A stretch of DNA of 64,000 bases from Candidatus Hadarchaeota archaeon (GTDB lineage Archaea > Hadarchaeota > Hadarchaeia > Hadarchaeales > JAWBSP01). Positions 9,419-19,306 of the stretch are shown here, piece after piece. Location of the stretch: contig CAYYWO010000003.1 of NCBI GenBank assembly GCA_964474885.1, positions 86,226-150,225 of the forward strand. The letters run 5' to 3'. Numbering within the stretch: the first letter of the stretch is position 1; every line of letters starts with the position of its first letter. Made by a program: the position numbers and the translations under genes. The notes beneath the pieces are model-generated. The model made no database searches and was not told the DNA's origin. It saw only the letters and a list, made by a program, of their open reading frames with translations.

Positions 9419-10645
9419 TCAGGTGGGAATTTCCCCAGGAGCGGCTCTCCTCCGGAGAAGCACTATGAGCACAACGATCACAACGACCAACACGACCGCA
9501 ACGAGCACCATGTTGGTGCCAGCGGGCAGGGCGGTGGGTTGAGAAGGTGTCTTTACTTCCTTCCCGAAGATGTAGACTTTGTGCTCCTTGTCTGACCTAG
9601 AGGTGCAGGCTATCATATAGTCCCCCCCATCTGACATGTCTATACTTTCCACGTTCCCCTCAATACCAGTGACCAAGGTAGACTTCCATTTCAAACTCTG
9701 CCCTTCGAGGTAGTAAACAGTAGCCATGTCAGCTGCGAAAACTTTAGTACCATCTGAGCTTATGGCTACCGAAGAAGCGGGGGAGGTGCTCTCCATGAGT
9801 AAGGTACTCGTCCCATCCCGCTTGTAAAGAATGAACTTCGCTGTTTCGCTTCCGGCAGCAGCGACCGCGCTGTTACCATCAGGTGTCACATCAACTCCGA
9901 ATACGCAAACACCAGGATTCCACTCTCTTACCACGCTTCCATTATCTGTCAGCATTAGCACCTTTCCATCTCGGGTCCCCGCAACTATCGTACTTCCATC
10001 GGCAGAGATAGCGACGCAGGTAGTGTATCCTTCCTTTACAAAGCGGAGGCCGCTATCATCGAAAATGTATAAACCATTGTCTGTGGCAGCTGCCGAAATC
10101 CGACCGTTTCTCGACAGAGCCACGGCAATTACAATGTATCCATATTTGCCCCTCCATAGGGGGGTTCCATCCTCCGAGAAAAGTGTAACGTGACCATCAG
10201 ATGAGCCAGCGATCACTCTTTTGCCATCACCCGAAATGGCCACAGCTCTAGCGTAAGGAGATATTTTCTCGACCTGATACTCCCACGACAGGGTTGCTTG
10301 TCCCGTTTGCTCCAAGGTGTTTGAGTAGCATCTTACCCACCCATCATTACATCCAGCTACGAAGGCCGAACCATCGGCAGAGATAGCCACGGAATTGACA
10401 TAGGAGTAGCCACTGTATTTGTACTCCCATGCTTTGGAAACTTTATTCCCCATAAGCTTGAACACCCAAATCTTCATCAAATCACCTCCCGCTACGAACC
10501 ACTTTCCATCGGCGGACACTGATACCGAGTTTACCCAGTCACCACCTTCGTACTTAAAAATAGGTGAAGATTCGGTTTGGGCTAATGCTGCCAAGATGAG
10601 AGCTAGGCATGCAAGAACGCTGACAGTTCTTGCATCCTTCTTCAT
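9419..10645 (-). CDS. Secreted, membrane-anchored WD40/PQQ-like beta-propeller protein
   Basis: Signal peptide; repeated V.SVAISADG..vAG.DG units; Pro/Thr linker; C-terminal TM helix followed by RRR. Confidence 0.8.
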   Translation of the reverse strand: MKKDARTVSVLACLALILAALAQTESSPIFKYEGGDWVNSVSVSADGKWFVAGGDLMKIWVFKLMGNKVSKAWEYKYSGYSYVNSVAISADGSAFVAGCNDGWVRCYSNTLEQTGQATLSWEYQVEKISPYARAVAISGDGKRVIAGSSDGHVTLFSEDGTPLWRGKYGYIVIAVALSRNGRISAAATDNGLYIFDDSGLRFVKEGYTTCVAISADGSTIVAGTRDGKVLMLTDNGSVVREWNPGVCVFGVDVTPDGNSAVAAAGSETAKFILYKRDGTSTLLMESTSPASSVAISSDGTKVFAADMATVYYLEGQSLKWKSTLVTGIEGNVESIDMSDGGDYMIACTSRSDKEHKVYIFGKEVKTPSQPTALPAGTNMVLVAVVLVVVIVVLIVLLRRRAAPGEIPT

Positions 10646-11073
10646 ATTATTCCCCATTTGGGTCTTCCCTTGTAGGTTAGTGAAAGGTAAGCGCCCACTA
10701 TTAAGAGGAAAGCTCCAGCGGCATATAACACCAATGCGGCCCCCACTCCGCCGACGGCGCTCAGGATCATCAGTCCACCTCCTCTTTTTGGTTCATCCAG
10801 GACTACAACGGCCCCCACCAAGCCTATTAGTGCGAACGCCGCACCGATTGCTGGGAGGAAAATATTTTTAGGTGTAATCAGTGCGGTATAGGTCGCATAT
10901 TCTTCGGGGAACAAACCAGCTTGGCCGAGGAAGAAGGTTGCATAGCCTGCTAATGATCCAATCAAGCCCATTAGTCCACCCAACAGACCTATGATGCAAG
11001 CAGCGATGGCACGCCGAGATAGTGAAGGCCTTGGACCTTCCGGAGAGGGTGTGGAGCTTGGCTTTACATCCAT
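10642..11073 (-). CDS. Small multi-pass membrane protein of unknown function
   Basis: Four hydrophobic Gly/Ala-rich segments; ATGA overlap with the propeller gene. Confidence 0.65.
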   Translation of the reverse strand: MDVKPSSTPSPEGPRPSLSRRAIAACIIGLLGGLMGLIGSLAGYATFFLGQAGLFPEEYATYTALITPKNIFLPAIGAAFALIGLVGAVVVLDEPKRGGGLMILSAVGGVGAALVLYAAGAFLLIVGAYLSLTYKGRPKWGII

Positions 11074-11102
11074 CCGTATATCAACAAAGGGTTTAAAAAG
11101 CG

Positions 11103-11654
11103 ATGCGGACGAAAAATCTCTTTTTAACCGGTAGGCCTGGCTCGGGGAAAAGCAGCATAATCCAGAAGATCGTTGATGTGGTCTCCTCTCAGGGTCTAGA
11201 TATTTGTGGTGTACTATGTCCAGAGATCCGAATAGGAGGAAAAAGAGTCGGTTTTAAAATAATAGAGCTCCGGACTCGTCAAGAGGACATTTTGGCCCAT
11301 GTAGAGTTAACGAATGGACCTCGCGTTGGGAAGTATAGGGTCAATTTGGTTGGAGTCGAGAAAATCGTGAGGGGGGCAATGAGTCTGATTGATGGCTCGG
11401 ATATCATCGTTATAGATGAGGTGGGTCCAATGGAGGTGACCAGTCAAGCCTTCAGAGCCTTCGTTCTAAAGAGCCTCGATAGTACGAAACCCGTTCTGGG
11501 GGCAATCCACATGAGGACCCAAAGCGGTTTCATTGGAGGTATAAAAAGAAGATCGGATGTCCTGCTTCTGCATGTACAGCCCGAAAAGAGAGAGGAAATG
11601 TTTCAACGAGTTCTAGACATTGTTAAAGACATGCTAGACATTAAGGTAAGATGA
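11103..11654 (+). CDS. Nucleoside-triphosphatase (THEP1/NTPase_1 family)
   Basis: LTGRPGSGKS, RVGKYRV, VIDEVGPME. Confidence 0.9.
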   Translation: MRTKNLFLTGRPGSGKSSIIQKIVDVVSSQGLDICGVLCPEIRIGGKRVGFKIIELRTRQEDILAHVELTNGPRVGKYRVNLVGVEKIVRGAMSLIDGSDIIVIDEVGPMEVTSQAFRAFVLKSLDSTKPVLGAIHMRTQSGFIGGIKRRSDVLLLHVQPEKREEMFQRVLDIVKDMLDIKVR

Positions 11655-11929
11655 AGATACCTTCAAAAATCAGAACTTACTGTCCCTATTGCGGCGCACA
11701 CACCGAGCATGAAGTCTCGGTCCAAAAGAAAAGACCTGCGAGGAGCTTAAGTTGGGGCCAGAGGCAGTTTGCTAGAATAATGAAAGGTTATGGGAGCCAG
11801 CCACGTTCGGAGCAGCGACACTTCGCGAAAATAAGTAAGAAGGTATCACTCGTTCTCAGGTGCACCAAATGTAAGAAGGCTCACCAGAAGGTTGGTTTTA
11901 GGGCAAAGAAGTACGAAATCAAAGGGTAA
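11651..11929 (+). CDS. rpl44e: 50S ribosomal protein L44e
   Basis: MKIPSKIRTYCPYC..HT.H..GYGSQP..C..C. Confidence 0.95.
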   Translation: MKIPSKIRTYCPYCGAHTEHEVSVQKKRPARSLSWGQRQFARIMKGYGSQPRSEQRHFAKISKKVSLVLRCTKCKKAHQKVGFRAKKYEIKG

Positions 11930-12087
11930 TGCCGGGTAGATTCATCGTTGTTAAGTGTGAATGTGGTCACCAACAGGTGGTCTTCAGCCATGCTTCCATT
12001 CCCGTGAAGTGTCTGAAATGTGGGAAGACCATTGCCGTACCCACTGGGGGGAAAGCCCAGATCCTAGGTAAGGTGATAGCGTGGTGA
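11929..12087 (+). CDS. rps27e: 30S ribosomal protein S27e, not in the ORF track
   Basis: Manual translation MPGRFIVVKCECGHQQVVFSHASIPVKCLKCGKTIAVPTGGKAQILGKVIAW; conserved L44e-S27e-aIF2a order. Confidence 0.93.
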   Translation: MPGRFIVVKCECGHQQVVFSHASIPVKCLKCGKTIAVPTGGKAQILGKVIAW

Positions 12088-12866
12088 GGAAGGAGGCGGA
12101 GTACCCATCGGTGAACGAGCTAGTCGTTTGTACTGTGATTCAGGTTTTTGATGAAGGGGCCTTCGTGAGTTTGGACGAGTACGGTGGGAAAAGGGGGATG
12201 ATACACTTGAGAGAAGTCGCCTCAGGTTGGATAAAGAATATCAGGGATCATATAAGGGAAAATCAGAAAGTAGTTTGCAGGGTGATCTCAGTCGACCCTA
12301 ACAGGCGAATCATAGACCTTTCAATTCGTCGAGTGGCAGAAAGCGAAAAGAAGCATAAGTTGAAGGAGTTCGAGATCGAAAATAGGGCGGAGAAATTACT
12401 TTTGCTAGCGGCAAAAAAACTCAGGAAAAACCTAGACAAGGCTTATCGTGAGGCAGGCTTTCCTCTCATGAGAAAGTACGGATCCCTATCTCAAGCTTTT
12501 GAACAGATCGCGCAGAAGGGTGAGGAGGCCTTGAAAGGCTTATCTCTATCAAGAGGGTGGGTTCGCTCATTGCTCTCAGTTTCTAGGGGTTTGGTGAGGC
12601 CCTCAGTTTATCAAGTGAAAGGATACCTCATCCTAACCTGCGACAAACCGAACGGAGTCGAGGTGCTGAAAAACGCGATGTTGGAGGCAAAGCGAAAGGT
12701 TGGAGAAAAAGTTGAGTTTTATCTTGAAGGCTCACCACGGTACAGGATAGTCGCGAGAGGAGACTCATATAAAGAGGCGGAGGAGATCCTGCAGGAGGCA
12801 TCAAATGCTGTTTTAGCTTTTGTCAAATCGGCCGGCGGAGAAGGGGAATTCAGGAGGGAAAAATGA
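12081..12866 (+). CDS. eif2a: Translation initiation factor aIF2 alpha subunit
   Basis: N-terminal S1 domain GAFVSLDEYG..EVASGWIKNIRD; IDLSIRRV. Confidence 0.95.
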   Translation: MVRKEAEYPSVNELVVCTVIQVFDEGAFVSLDEYGGKRGMIHLREVASGWIKNIRDHIRENQKVVCRVISVDPNRRIIDLSIRRVAESEKKHKLKEFEIENRAEKLLLLAAKKLRKNLDKAYREAGFPLMRKYGSLSQAFEQIAQKGEEALKGLSLSRGWVRSLLSVSRGLVRPSVYQVKGYLILTCDKPNGVEVLKNAMLEAKRKVGEKVEFYLEGSPRYRIVARGDSYKEAEEILQEASNAVLAFVKSAGGEGEFRREK

Positions 12867-13039
12867 GACTCAAGAGATGTCGAGCATGTGGGAGATACAC
12901 CATGAGGGAGATATGCCCCTCATGTGGTAGCAAGACGGGCTCACCACACCCACCTAAGTTTTCTCCTGAGGACAGATATGGTAAGTATCGTAGGCTTATG
13001 AGACTGGAAGCTCAGAAAAATGATGGATTCAAAAGTTAG
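12863..13039 (+). CDS. nop10: H/ACA RNP protein Nop10, not in the ORF track
   Basis: Manual translation MRLKRCRACGRYTMREICPSCGSKTGSPHPPKFSPEDRYGKYRR...; conserved position after aIF2a. Confidence 0.93.
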   Translation: MRLKRCRACGRYTMREICPSCGSKTGSPHPPKFSPEDRYGKYRRLMRLEAQKNDGFKS

Positions 13040-13760
13040 GTTCCTGTTCAAACCCCAGCTGAAAAATCCGGTCCTGATAGCTGGTTTGCCAGGTGTGGGT
13101 CAGATCGGAAAACTTGCTTCTGACTTCCTTATTCAACAGCTATCCGCAAAAAAATTTGCCGAGCAACTGTCGCCATACTTTCCCCACTATGCAACTCTGG
13201 ATCGTTCAGGTATGCTCAGACCCACGTGCCATGAGTTCTTCTATGCCAATCACTCTAGGCGAGATCTCATAATCCTAACCGGTGAATATCCATTGACGAG
13301 CTGTGAGGGCCACTACAAGGTGGCAATCGAAATCTTGAACGCAATGGAGAAGGTAGGAGTAAGGGAAATTTACACAATAGGCGGTTATATTCCTACTTCG
13401 GGGAAAGAAAAGGGGGAGGTTGTGATCATGCCGAACACCGAAGTCCTTTCTCGGTTGAGTTCAGGAATCGAGGTAGAAGTAGGCCCTGTGATCGGCTTGA
13501 CGGGATTGCTTGTTTCTCTAGCTGGGTTAAGAGGGATCAAGGGGGCGATCCTCTTAGCGGAGGCTGGCGACCCGCTTGTAGATAGCCGATCAGCCAAGAA
13601 GGTTTTACAGACTCTCTGTGGCATTCTCGATCTCAAGCTGAACTTGTCAGATTTGGATCGGCAAGCTGAAGTGCTGAGAGAGTGGGTCGAGAGGTTAAAG
13701 AAAGAGATCAGGAAGAGGGAGGCACCACCGGCGAAGGAAGAAACTTGGTATATATCCTAA
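13020..13760 (+). CDS. PAC2-family proteasome assembly chaperone-like protein
   Basis: LIAGLPGVGQIGKLA, IYTIGGY; usual position after nop10. Confidence 0.85.
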   Translation: MMDSKVRFLFKPQLKNPVLIAGLPGVGQIGKLASDFLIQQLSAKKFAEQLSPYFPHYATLDRSGMLRPTCHEFFYANHSRRDLIILTGEYPLTSCEGHYKVAIEILNAMEKVGVREIYTIGGYIPTSGKEKGEVVIMPNTEVLSRLSSGIEVEVGPVIGLTGLLVSLAGLRGIKGAILLAEAGDPLVDSRSAKKVLQTLCGILDLKLNLSDLDRQAEVLREWVERLKKEIRKREAPPAKEETWYIS

Positions 13761-15070
13761 GGGACGAGCCTGTGCCGATCTCGGGGGAAGAGGACGCACT
13801 CCCGGATGTTCTGTTCCCCCGTGAGAACCATCAAAAACCGATCGAGTCCAAGACCCCATCCCGCATGAGGAGGGATCAGTCCCCACCTGAAGTGCCTCAA
13901 ATGGGGCTCGAAGTTCTCGGGATTGAGTCCGTTCTCCTCTAGCCTGCGCTCGAGGAGCTGAGGATCGTGTATTCTGGTGCCCCCCGACGCCAACTCGAGG
14001 TCTTTCCACATTAGATCGAAGGTTTCCGTGACTCTCTCGTCGTGCTTGCATGGCATGGCGTAGAAGGGCTTCGTTTTCGTGGGCCATTCGGTAATGAAGT
14101 AAAACCCCCTATCCTCTCCGAGCGCTTTCTCGGCAGGGGTTGGGAGATCTTCCCCCCACTCGATCCGGATTCCTTTCTTCTCCAAGATCTGTAGGACTTC
14201 GGTGTATGAGTATCGCGGAAACGGAGCTTCAGGAACCTCAAGCTTTCTCCCCAGCACCTCAAGTTCTTTTTCCGCAAGCTCTTTTGTTTTCTTCAAGGTG
14301 AAAATGATGAGTTCTTCTAGGACTCGCATGACGTCATCGCAGTTCGAGAAGGCCATTTCAATATCCACGGATGTGCACTCGTTCAAGTGTTTGTTAGTAT
14401 TGAACTCCTCAGCCCTGAAAATGGGTCCTATTTCGTAAACTTTCTCAAAGCATCCCGTCAGTATTTCTTTGAATAGTTGAGGACTCTGGCTGAGAAAAGC
14501 TTCTTTTTCGAAGTAGGCTACGGGAAAGAGTGCAGATCCGCTCTCAGTTGCGGTGGCCACGATTTTTGGTGTTTGGACTTCCAAGAAGCCTCTTGAGTTC
14601 AGAAATTCGCGGATAGCGTTGGTCACAACATGACGGATCTTGAAAATGGCTCTTCTTTTCGGATGCCGCAGATCGAGAATCCTTGCATTCAACCTAGTAT
14701 CGAGCGACGACTTGATTCTCCCAGTGGGATCGAGGGGTAAGGGGACGGAGGCTCTGCTGAAGACTTCGATTTCCTGAGGAATCACCTCCACCCCTCGCGG
14801 GGCTTGGGGAGTCCTCTTGACCCTTCCTCTCACCCAAACTGTGCTCTCAGGGGTTATCTGGTCAATTTTGGTGAAGACTTCAGGAGGAGTCTGGACTCTG
14901 GGTGCAGCTATCTGAATTTCTCCATCCCTGTCATAGAGAATGAAGAATTTGATGCCCCCTAAGTCTCTGATGACCCTGACATATCCTGCTAAACAGACTT
15001 CCTGGCCCTCGAGTTCCCCATGTATCTCAGAACACGAGTGAGTTTTAACCCGTCTATCCTTTAACCGCAT
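13757..15070 (-). CDS. aspS: Aspartyl-tRNA synthetase, archaeal, probably non-discriminating
   Basis: OB fold IRDLGG, LSQSPQLFK, FRAEE, PPHAGWGLGLDR; Pro in the QAPRGVE loop. Confidence 0.95.
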   Translation of the reverse strand: MRLKDRRVKTHSCSEIHGELEGQEVCLAGYVRVIRDLGGIKFFILYDRDGEIQIAAPRVQTPPEVFTKIDQITPESTVWVRGRVKRTPQAPRGVEVIPQEIEVFSRASVPLPLDPTGRIKSSLDTRLNARILDLRHPKRRAIFKIRHVVTNAIREFLNSRGFLEVQTPKIVATATESGSALFPVAYFEKEAFLSQSPQLFKEILTGCFEKVYEIGPIFRAEEFNTNKHLNECTSVDIEMAFSNCDDVMRVLEELIIFTLKKTKELAEKELEVLGRKLEVPEAPFPRYSYTEVLQILEKKGIRIEWGEDLPTPAEKALGEDRGFYFITEWPTKTKPFYAMPCKHDERVTETFDLMWKDLELASGGTRIHDPQLLERRLEENGLNPENFEPHLRHFRWGLIPPHAGWGLGLDRFLMVLTGEQNIRECVLFPRDRHRLVP

Positions 15071-15098
15071 CGATAGCTACGGGTCCAAAAAGTTAGTC

Positions 15099-15395
15099 TT
15101 ACTCGCCCTTGGCTAGGGTTATCTCGATGGTGGAGACGTTGACTTTTCTTCCGTCTTCGGTTTGCACAGTCTCCGTCCCTATGGAGATGTTTTTCACGCT
15201 GACGTCTGGCAGGAATCTCTGTCTCACGACTTCGGCCGTATCAACAGCCCTGTTTATTGCCCTACCCCTAGCCTTTATCGAAACCTCCTTGGCACCCTCG
15301 TGGAACTGTGTTATAACCGCCAAGACATAGTTCATCACTGGCTTGGACCCAATAAAGACGGCATTCCCCGCCTGTGTTTTTTGCTCGGCTGCCAT
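15099..15395 (-). CDS. albA: DNA/RNA-binding protein Alba
   Basis: [33 protein letters not shown]. Confidence 0.96.
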   Translation of the reverse strand: MAAEQKTQAGNAVFIGSKPVMNYVLAVITQFHEGAKEVSIKARGRAINRAVDTAEVVRQRFLPDVSVKNISIGTETVQTEDGRKVNVSTIEITLAKGE

Positions 15396-15472
15396 TATTA
15401 CCCTCAAGGGTTCCTTTAAATACCCGTATCCCACCGAAAAAGCTAAAAAAGGGGTTGAGCTCTTTGGACTTG

Positions 15473-17122
15473 ATGGCAGCGGTTGCCCAGCTAGGAGGAA
15501 GGCCCATTCTAGTCCTCCCCGAGGGGACGAGGAGAGTTGTTGGTAGGGATGCTAGGAGAATGAACATCATGGCTGCAAGAGTCGTTGCTGAAGCTGTGCG
15601 GAGCACACTCGGCCCCAAGGGTATGGACAAGATGCTGGTGGACAATTTGGGAGATGTTGTGATAACTAACGACGGTGCAACTATCCTCAAGGAAATGGAG
15701 GTCGAACATCCAGCCGCGAAGTTAATGGTTGAGGTGGCGAAAACACAGGACGATGAAGTCGGCGACGGCACGACAACAGCGGTAGTTTTGGCAGGTTCTC
15801 TGTTGGAGCAGGCGGAAAAACTCCTCGATCAGGGCATCCATCCGGCGGTGATTTCAAAGGGGTTCATGATAGCCAACCAAAAAGCTCAAGAGCTTTTGAA
15901 GGAGTTCGCTGACAGCGTATCCCCTGAAGACGAGGAAATTCTGAAGAAAGTCGCTATGACAGCAGTCACAGGAAAGAAGGCAGAGGCAGGAAAGGCCTTG
16001 CTTGCGGACCTTGTGGTTCGAGCCGTCAAAAAGATCGCCGATCGCGTGGATGGGCGTTATAAGGTTGACATCGACTACATAGGCGTCGAAAAAAGGCCTG
16101 GTGGAAGCATCCTAGATTCCGAACTTGTAGAGGGAGTGATAATCGATAAAGAAGTTGTCAGACCGGGTATGCCAAAATCCGTGAAGGACGCAAAGATAGC
16201 CCTGCTTGACTGTCCATTGGAAATTAAAAAGACTGAGACGGATGCCGAGATCAGAGTTGCCAGGCCCGAGGAGCTCAGAAGCTTTCTGGAAGAAGAAGAG
16301 CGGATACTCAGGGAGATGGTAGAGAAGATAAAGGCAGCTGGAGCAAATGTAGTTTTCTGCCAGAAGGGGATCGATGACACGGCCCAGTACTATTTGGCCA
16401 AGGCAGGGATCATGGCTGCCCGGAGGGTAAAGAAGTCTGACATGGAAAGATTGGCAAGAGCTACAGGCGGGAGAATAGTGACATCTCTCGAGGATCTAAC
16501 CCCGAAAGAGCTGGGGCACGCTGGGCTAGTGGAGGAGAGGAAGATCGGAGATGAAAAGATGATATTTGTCATGGGATGCAAAGATCCTAGGGCAGTAGGT
16601 CTTTTGCTCAGAGGTGGTTCCGAGCATGTGGTCGATGAGGTGGAGAGGGCAGTTCACGATGCAATCTGCGTGGTTGCTGCGTGCCTCGAAGATGGTAAGA
16701 TCGTTCCCGGTGGGGGGGCCATGGAGATCGAGCTGGCGAAGCATCTGCGCAAGTATGCCGAGACAGTAGGTGGAAGAGAGGCACTGGCGGTCAAGGCTTT
16801 TGCTGATGCACTCGAAGTGATTCCGCAGTCCCTAGCTGAGAATGCTGGCATGGACACGGTCGACACCCTAGTTGAGCTTAGAGCAGCTCATGCTAAACCC
16901 GAAGGTAAAAGCATAGGGGTTAATGTCTTTACCAGGAAGATAGCCAACATGAAGGAACTGGGAGTTCTGGAGCCCCTCCGGATGAAGAGTCAGGTAGTCA
17001 AATCTGCGAGTGAGGCTGCTTTGATGGTGTTGAGGGTAGATGACGTCATAGCAGCAGCTAAGAAAGAAACAAAGGGACCACCTGAGAAGAAGGAAGAAGA
17101 AGAGGAGAGCTCCTCAGAGTAA
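15473..17122 (+). CDS. ths: Thermosome subunit (group II chaperonin)
   Basis: [31 protein letters not shown]. Confidence 0.97.
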   Translation: MAAVAQLGGRPILVLPEGTRRVVGRDARRMNIMAARVVAEAVRSTLGPKGMDKMLVDNLGDVVITNDGATILKEMEVEHPAAKLMVEVAKTQDDEVGDGTTTAVVLAGSLLEQAEKLLDQGIHPAVISKGFMIANQKAQELLKEFADSVSPEDEEILKKVAMTAVTGKKAEAGKALLADLVVRAVKKIADRVDGRYKVDIDYIGVEKRPGGSILDSELVEGVIIDKEVVRPGMPKSVKDAKIALLDCPLEIKKTETDAEIRVARPEELRSFLEEEERILREMVEKIKAAGANVVFCQKGIDDTAQYYLAKAGIMAARRVKKSDMERLARATGGRIVTSLEDLTPKELGHAGLVEERKIGDEKMIFVMGCKDPRAVGLLLRGGSEHVVDEVERAVHDAICVVAACLEDGKIVPGGGAMEIELAKHLRKYAETVGGREALAVKAFADALEVIPQSLAENAGMDTVDTLVELRAAHAKPEGKSIGVNVFTRKIANMKELGVLEPLRMKSQVVKSASEAALMVLRVDDVIAAAKKETKGPPEKKEEEEESSSE

Positions 17123-17156
17123 ACAAAATTTTTTAGCTGGAAATCCCCTGCTTTCT

Positions 17157-17636
17157 TTACGGGAGTAAGACAGCGGCAGCTATTGCAGCTCCATGATGTT
17201 TCACTGTGTGGCCAGCGGAAATCGAAAGAACTTTTTTCGGGGTTAGCCCACGGTTCTCCATCATGTACTTGACCATAGCTTCAGCCGTCTTGGCAGCAGT
17301 TCTCTCTGTTACTCCGATGTCATGATACTCGGATATCATACCATGGGAATCTTCCCCAATAGCAATTCCTAAAGCTGCAGCAATTCTTTGGCCGGGAGTT
17401 GAACTCACTATTTCAGACATGACGACTGGGACTATCGTGCCCGGTTCCAGATTGGGCATTTCGTCCAGAATTTCACAGTCTTTTGGCAAAATGCTTGAAA
17501 CCTTCATCAAGTTGAGTTCTGCGATTCCCGCCTTCCTCAGGGCATTGTCAAAGGCTACGAGCCTGAAAGGACCATCTGCTGACGCAGCAACTAACACAGC
17601 TCGGGTAGGTAAGCTCCGCAGGACTCCTTCTTCCAC
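17157..17636 (-). CDS. pdaD: Pyruvoyl-dependent arginine decarboxylase
   Basis: AFDNALRKAGI..NLMKVSSILP containing the Ser-Ser autocleavage site. Confidence 0.88.
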   Translation of the reverse strand: MEEGVLRSLPTRAVLVAASADGPFRLVAFDNALRKAGIAELNLMKVSSILPKDCEILDEMPNLEPGTIVPVVMSEIVSSTPGQRIAAALGIAIGEDSHGMISEYHDIGVTERTAAKTAEAMVKYMMENRGLTPKKVLSISAGHTVKHHGAAIAAAVLLP

Positions 17637-17670
17637 ATCTTTCTTTCTGTCATGTTTTTAACTTTTTCTT

Positions 17671-18468
17671 TTAGTAAACCACCACAGAGTAGATTTCTGG
17701 CAATTTTCTCAGCTCAGCCAAGACGCTTTCGGGCAACGGTCGATCAGTTATCAGGGTGAGTTTGGGTTGAGGAATTAGATGAGGGTCATCCGCTACAGCT
17801 TGTCTTATGCTTATGCCGTGTGATGAAATAACATCAATAATCGCTTTAAGCACCCCAGGCTTGCTGGCGTCGTAAGGTGTTATTTCAACGACTCCCCAGC
17901 CAGCCTCTCTCCCCACATCTCTCAGGTATGGTATTGGGGAAAGGTTGCTGAAGAAAGATTTGAGCCACTCGTTTTTTAGAATCTTCTTGATCGCAGCCAC
18001 TACGGTTCTTCTGTCAGTCTTTGCAACTCTGCTGATCTGCAGGTAGGGAATTCTCATTTCACCGCACAGGACTTCCCCCTTGTTTCCCACCCTCAACCCA
18101 TGTTTGAATAAGACCTTCAGCACCTCGAGTTCCTTTGGATAATCCTTGAATGTTTCTTCAATCTGTCTCCAGAACTTCAGCCCACCGATTCTCATCGTTT
18201 CTTCGGAGATGGCTTGGCCCATCACCATTCTCATCAAGTTATCAGCGAAGTCCGGGTCGAGCCCCTTTTCTCTTGCGAAATTCCTAATTCTTCTGATGAC
18301 ATCCTTTTCTCTCGCCTCGTCCTTCACTTTCAGTCCCAAGCGCTTTTTCAAGTCGGCAATTTGTTTGGCTACATGCATGCGCTGGGTGAGCACCTCTATC
18401 AGGCTCTTATCGAGCCTGTCAATTTCCCTCCTCAACTTCTCGAGCTCCTCAACTTTCAACTCTCGCAC
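17671..18468 (-). CDS. Chorismate mutase fused to an archaeal HTH/ACT amino-acid regulator domain
   Basis: N-terminal LRREIDRLD..LTQRM..K..D..RE (AroQ); C-terminal DRRTV, GISIRQAVADDP (COG2150-like). Confidence 0.8.
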   Translation of the reverse strand: MRELKVEELEKLRREIDRLDKSLIEVLTQRMHVAKQIADLKKRLGLKVKDEAREKDVIRRIRNFAREKGLDPDFADNLMRMVMGQAISEETMRIGGLKFWRQIEETFKDYPKELEVLKVLFKHGLRVGNKGEVLCGEMRIPYLQISRVAKTDRRTVVAAIKKILKNEWLKSFFSNLSPIPYLRDVGREAGWGVVEITPYDASKPGVLKAIIDVISSHGISIRQAVADDPHLIPQPKLTLITDRPLPESVLAELRKLPEIYSVVVY

Positions 18469-19306
18469 CCTCCTCGCTTGGTTTTGTCACGATAATTCTC
18501 CCTTTTTCCTTCCTCCAAGCAGCTTTTATGCGATTGACATCCTCTTCTCTTGCTATGGCAGCGACCGCAGGGCCTTTTCCTGTAAGGCCTGCAGCCAGTG
18601 CTCCGTTTTTGAGTGCCTTTAAGATTGGAGAGGTGGGATGCCCTAGGGCACTGGCATAGATGAGTCCGTTGAGTGTCATGGCTCCCAGAATATTCCCCGA
18701 GAGGGCCTGCTTGTATGCAATGCAGGCGAACTCCCGAATGTTGGAGAACACTGACTGATCGACCTGTGAAGTGTAAAACTTTTTGGATGGGACAAGCAAA
18801 AGAACTTTGTACTCCGAGGGGATGCTGAATCTCCTCAGGATTTTTCTCTTGTAGTTATCCGTGATCACTCCACACCCATAATAGGAAGCGGATGCGTCAT
18901 CAAATGCTCCTGTCAAGGTCACGCCCGCTTCGAAAGAGGCACCTATTCCTGTTTGGATGACTTCCCTATCGGAGGGCTCGATGCCCAAAGCGGCGTAAGT
19001 CGCGAGAACGGCAGCGTTGGATGCGGCGCTACTACTTGATAGGCCCACAGCAACGGGAATGTCGGAGTATGTACGGATTCTGGCCCCCTTCCGAATTTTC
19101 AGTTTTTCCAGAACCCTTCTGACGCATATTTCCACGAGTTGTGAGCTCTCTCTCATTCCTACAGTGATCCCCTTGATACCTTGACTTGGAGGAACTAGTT
19201 CAACTTCTGCTCTTATCCTGAGTTCAACACCAAAAGCCGCACCCTTTCCAGTAGCCATTGCGTTCAGAACGGTTACAGAGGCGCATGCCGATGCTGCTCC
19301 TCTCAT
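18449..19306 (-). CDS. aroK: Archaeal shikimate kinase (GHMP family)
   Basis: VLNAMATGKG, GLSSSSAASNA, TGAFDDA, GLTGKGP. Confidence 0.92.
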   Translation of the reverse strand: MRGAASACASVTVLNAMATGKGAAFGVELRIRAEVELVPPSQGIKGITVGMRESSQLVEICVRRVLEKLKIRKGARIRTYSDIPVAVGLSSSSAASNAAVLATYAALGIEPSDREVIQTGIGASFEAGVTLTGAFDDASASYYGCGVITDNYKRKILRRFSIPSEYKVLLLVPSKKFYTSQVDQSVFSNIREFACIAYKQALSGNILGAMTLNGLIYASALGHPTSPILKALKNGALAAGLTGKGPAVAAIAREEDVNRIKAAWRKEKGRIIVTKPSEEGARVES

